From the IMG/VR virus record IMGVR_UViG_2541047945_000003: a stretch of DNA of 10,027 nt. One strand, given 5' to 3'. Shown piece by piece: positions 8,804 to 10,027 of this stretch (positions are counted from its first letter, which is position 1; every line of letters starts with the position of its first letter). The notes beneath the pieces are model-generated. The model made no database searches and was not told where the DNA came from. It saw only the letters and a program-made list of their open reading frames with translations. A program made the translations under genes and the position numbers. Origin of the DNA: a virus (taxonomy: Duplodnaviria; Heunggongvirae; Uroviricota; Caudoviricetes).

Positions 8804-9072
8804 TGCGGGATATAACATTACGATTCGATAACAGAGAACAGTTTAACGCAATTGTATATGACAGTGGCCTGTTCAGTCTTGAAGAAGAAAATGGGGTTCT
8901 TGTTGATGTTATTGGCTGCATTATTGATTACGAGGAGCCAGAAAACGAAAGATGTACAGGCATTGATCGCGGTGGTTTTTTCGTAAACATGAGGATTGTT
9001 GATGGCAGTAAAAACATATCTTCTTTAATGCCTTTCATTACGACAGATCAGCATGTAAGGACATGGGCTTAA
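8803..9072 (+). CDS. Hypothetical protein (89 aa), start overlapping the stf stop; possible non-canonical fiber-associated factor or moron
   Basis: ATG 8803-8805 overlaps the stf TAA (TAATG), with AAGGA 9 nt upstream. AT-rich, acidic translation (MRDITLRFDNREQFNAIVYDSGLFSLEEENGVLVDVIGCIIDYEEPENER...). I recognise no family, and it does not resemble the canonical lambda Tfa as I recall it. Confidence 0.5.
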   Translation: MRDITLRFDNREQFNAIVYDSGLFSLEEENGVLVDVIGCIIDYEEPENERCTGIDRGGFFVNMRIVDGSKNISSLMPFITTDQHVRTWA

Positions 9073-9084
9073 TGGAGTAAGACA

Positions 9085-9810
9085 ATGGTTACAAAAACAG
9101 TAATTCCTGATGACATCAAAACGCTAAAATCCGATGTTAGTAAACTAAAAACTGATCAAGGAAGCTATGCAACAAAATCATATGTAGACAATAAAACAAC
9201 ATGGAATAGTTATTGCAATGTAATCTATGATCAAAAGGCATTGCCGACCACTGGAACTATATTTAGCGGTAAGATTCACTTGTCAAATAAGACTGGTGAA
9301 ACGGAAAACGCTTATAGTGATATATATACCAGAAAAAATATTGATGGTACTAAAGATACAATGACGAGGATCGTCACACATAACGGGACAAAAGGTATCT
9401 TTTGGGACTTTAGTGATCTTTACGGAGGAACTTTAATTTTCCCTGGCACTGCTGGTTATTTGAAAATGGGTAAATGCCTCATGTCCTATGGGGATCGTGT
9501 AGATAATGCCCTGATTAAATTTGATTATACAGACACACTACAGATCAAATATGCTAATCATGGTTCGACCATGACACTAAACACACAGGGAACCGCTCAC
9601 GCTGGCGTTACTGCTAAATTGTGGGGCAATTCTAGCCGTCCGGTTGTTTATGAAGTTGGTGTAGATGGTGGGGCTTTTATATTCTTCGGTCAAAAACAAA
9701 CAGATGACACATATGCATTTGCTGTTAATGGTGCATGTCAAGCGACCGCATTTAACCAGATAGACTGGCCCCCTGAATCACCAGACAACCAATATCACTT
9801 ATTTAAGTGA
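9085..9810 (+). CDS. Hypothetical protein (241 aa as read), 3' end fused to or truncated by IS2; native sequence ends at about codon 225
   Basis: ATG 9085 with GGAG 7 nt upstream. AT-rich ORF with an N-terminus ([31 protein letters not shown]) reminiscent of fibre-type proteins, then a Gly/Thr/Tyr-rich region. From nt 9761 the frame continues through the IS2 terminal repeat ([16 protein letters not shown]) to TGA 9808-9810, so the C-terminus is IS-derived. Confidence 0.55.
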
Positions 9811-9811
9811 T
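9794..9811. promoter_or_regulatory. Perfect palindrome in the IS2 terminal region upstream of insC (candidate OrfA operator / promoter element)
   Basis: ATCACTTA-TT-TAAGTGAT is a perfect 8-bp inverted repeat with a 2-bp spacer, about 40 nt upstream of the insC ATG. The IS2 orfA-proximal end is known to carry the orfA promoter and repressor binding; the exact site assignment is my inference. Confidence 0.35.
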
Positions 9812-9851
9812 AGTCTTAATACTAGTTTTTAGGCTAGTCATTGGAGAGCAG

Positions 9852-10027
9852 ATGATTGATGTCTTAGGACCGGAGAAACGCAGACGGCGTACCACACAGG
9901 AAAAGATCGCAATTGTTCAGCAGAGCTTTGAACCAGGGATGACGGTCTCCCTCGTTGCCCGGCAACATGGTGTAGCAGCCAGCCAGTTATTTCTCTGGCG
10001 TAAGCAATACCAGGAAGGAAGTCTTAC
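9852..10027 (+). CDS. insC: IS2 transposase OrfA (InsC), N-terminal 58 codons; 3' end outside the window
   Basis: Translation [58 protein letters not shown] matches IS2 InsC from memory, including a helix-turn-helix-like segment. No stop codon before the window ends. Confidence 0.9.

Larger units (their letters stand above)
9761..10027 (+). mobile_element. IS2 (IS3 family) orfA-proximal end, partial; the element continues beyond the window
   Basis: TAGACTGGCCCCCTGAATC[A]CCAGACAACCAATATCACTTA...AGTGATAGTCTTAATACTAGTTTTTAG[G]CTAGTCATTGGAGA[G]CAGATGATTGATGTC matches the IS2 orfA-side terminus from memory with a few substitutions, followed by the InsC N-terminus. Confidence 0.88.

Noticed and set aside
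6449-9810. Diversity-generating retroelement or invertible tail-fiber switching segment (Mu G or e14 P-type)
   Set aside because: No reverse transcriptase, template-repeat copy of the Stf C-terminus, invertase gene or flanking inverted-repeat crossover sites are evident in the window. The downstream ORFs have their own starts on the same strand.
8803-9810. Canonical tail fiber assembly gene tfa downstream of stf
   Set aside because: Neither downstream ORF resembles lambda-type Tfa as I recall it: orf89 is far too short and orf241 has a different N-terminus. I therefore did not call tfa; only a generic chaperone role is raised as a hypothesis.

Overview
This window is the distal tail-assembly region of a lambda-like (lambdoid) prophage, all on the + strand, with a low-GC accessory cassette at its 3' end that is cut by an IS2 insertion. 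Order: the 3' end of tape-measure gene H (1-573), then M, L, K, I and the central tail fiber gene J (2975-6388), with overlapping or abutting stop/start codons between most genes. J is followed by a hairpin plus T-run terminator and then directly by a 784-aa side tail fiber (stf-like) gene; there is no lom-like gene between J and stf. The stf-like gene is a mosaic: a lambda-Stf-like N-terminus, an Ala/Lys/Ser/Glu/Thr-rich repeat shaft containing a ~189-bp tandem duplication, and a visibly lower-GC C-terminal domain. Two small low-GC ORFs of unknown function follow (89 aa, start overlapping the stf stop; 241 aa). The second runs into the terminal inverted repeat of an IS2 element beginning at about 9761, so its last 16 codons and stop are IS-encoded. 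The IS2 transposase gene insC (OrfA) starts at 9852 and runs off the window. The best candidate for something undescribed is this stf-distal low-GC module (novel stf C-terminal domain plus the two ORFs), but its function is not established. All homology statements rest on recall of lambda and IS2 sequences and on motifs visible in the translations; no database search was run, and GC differences are by-eye estimates.
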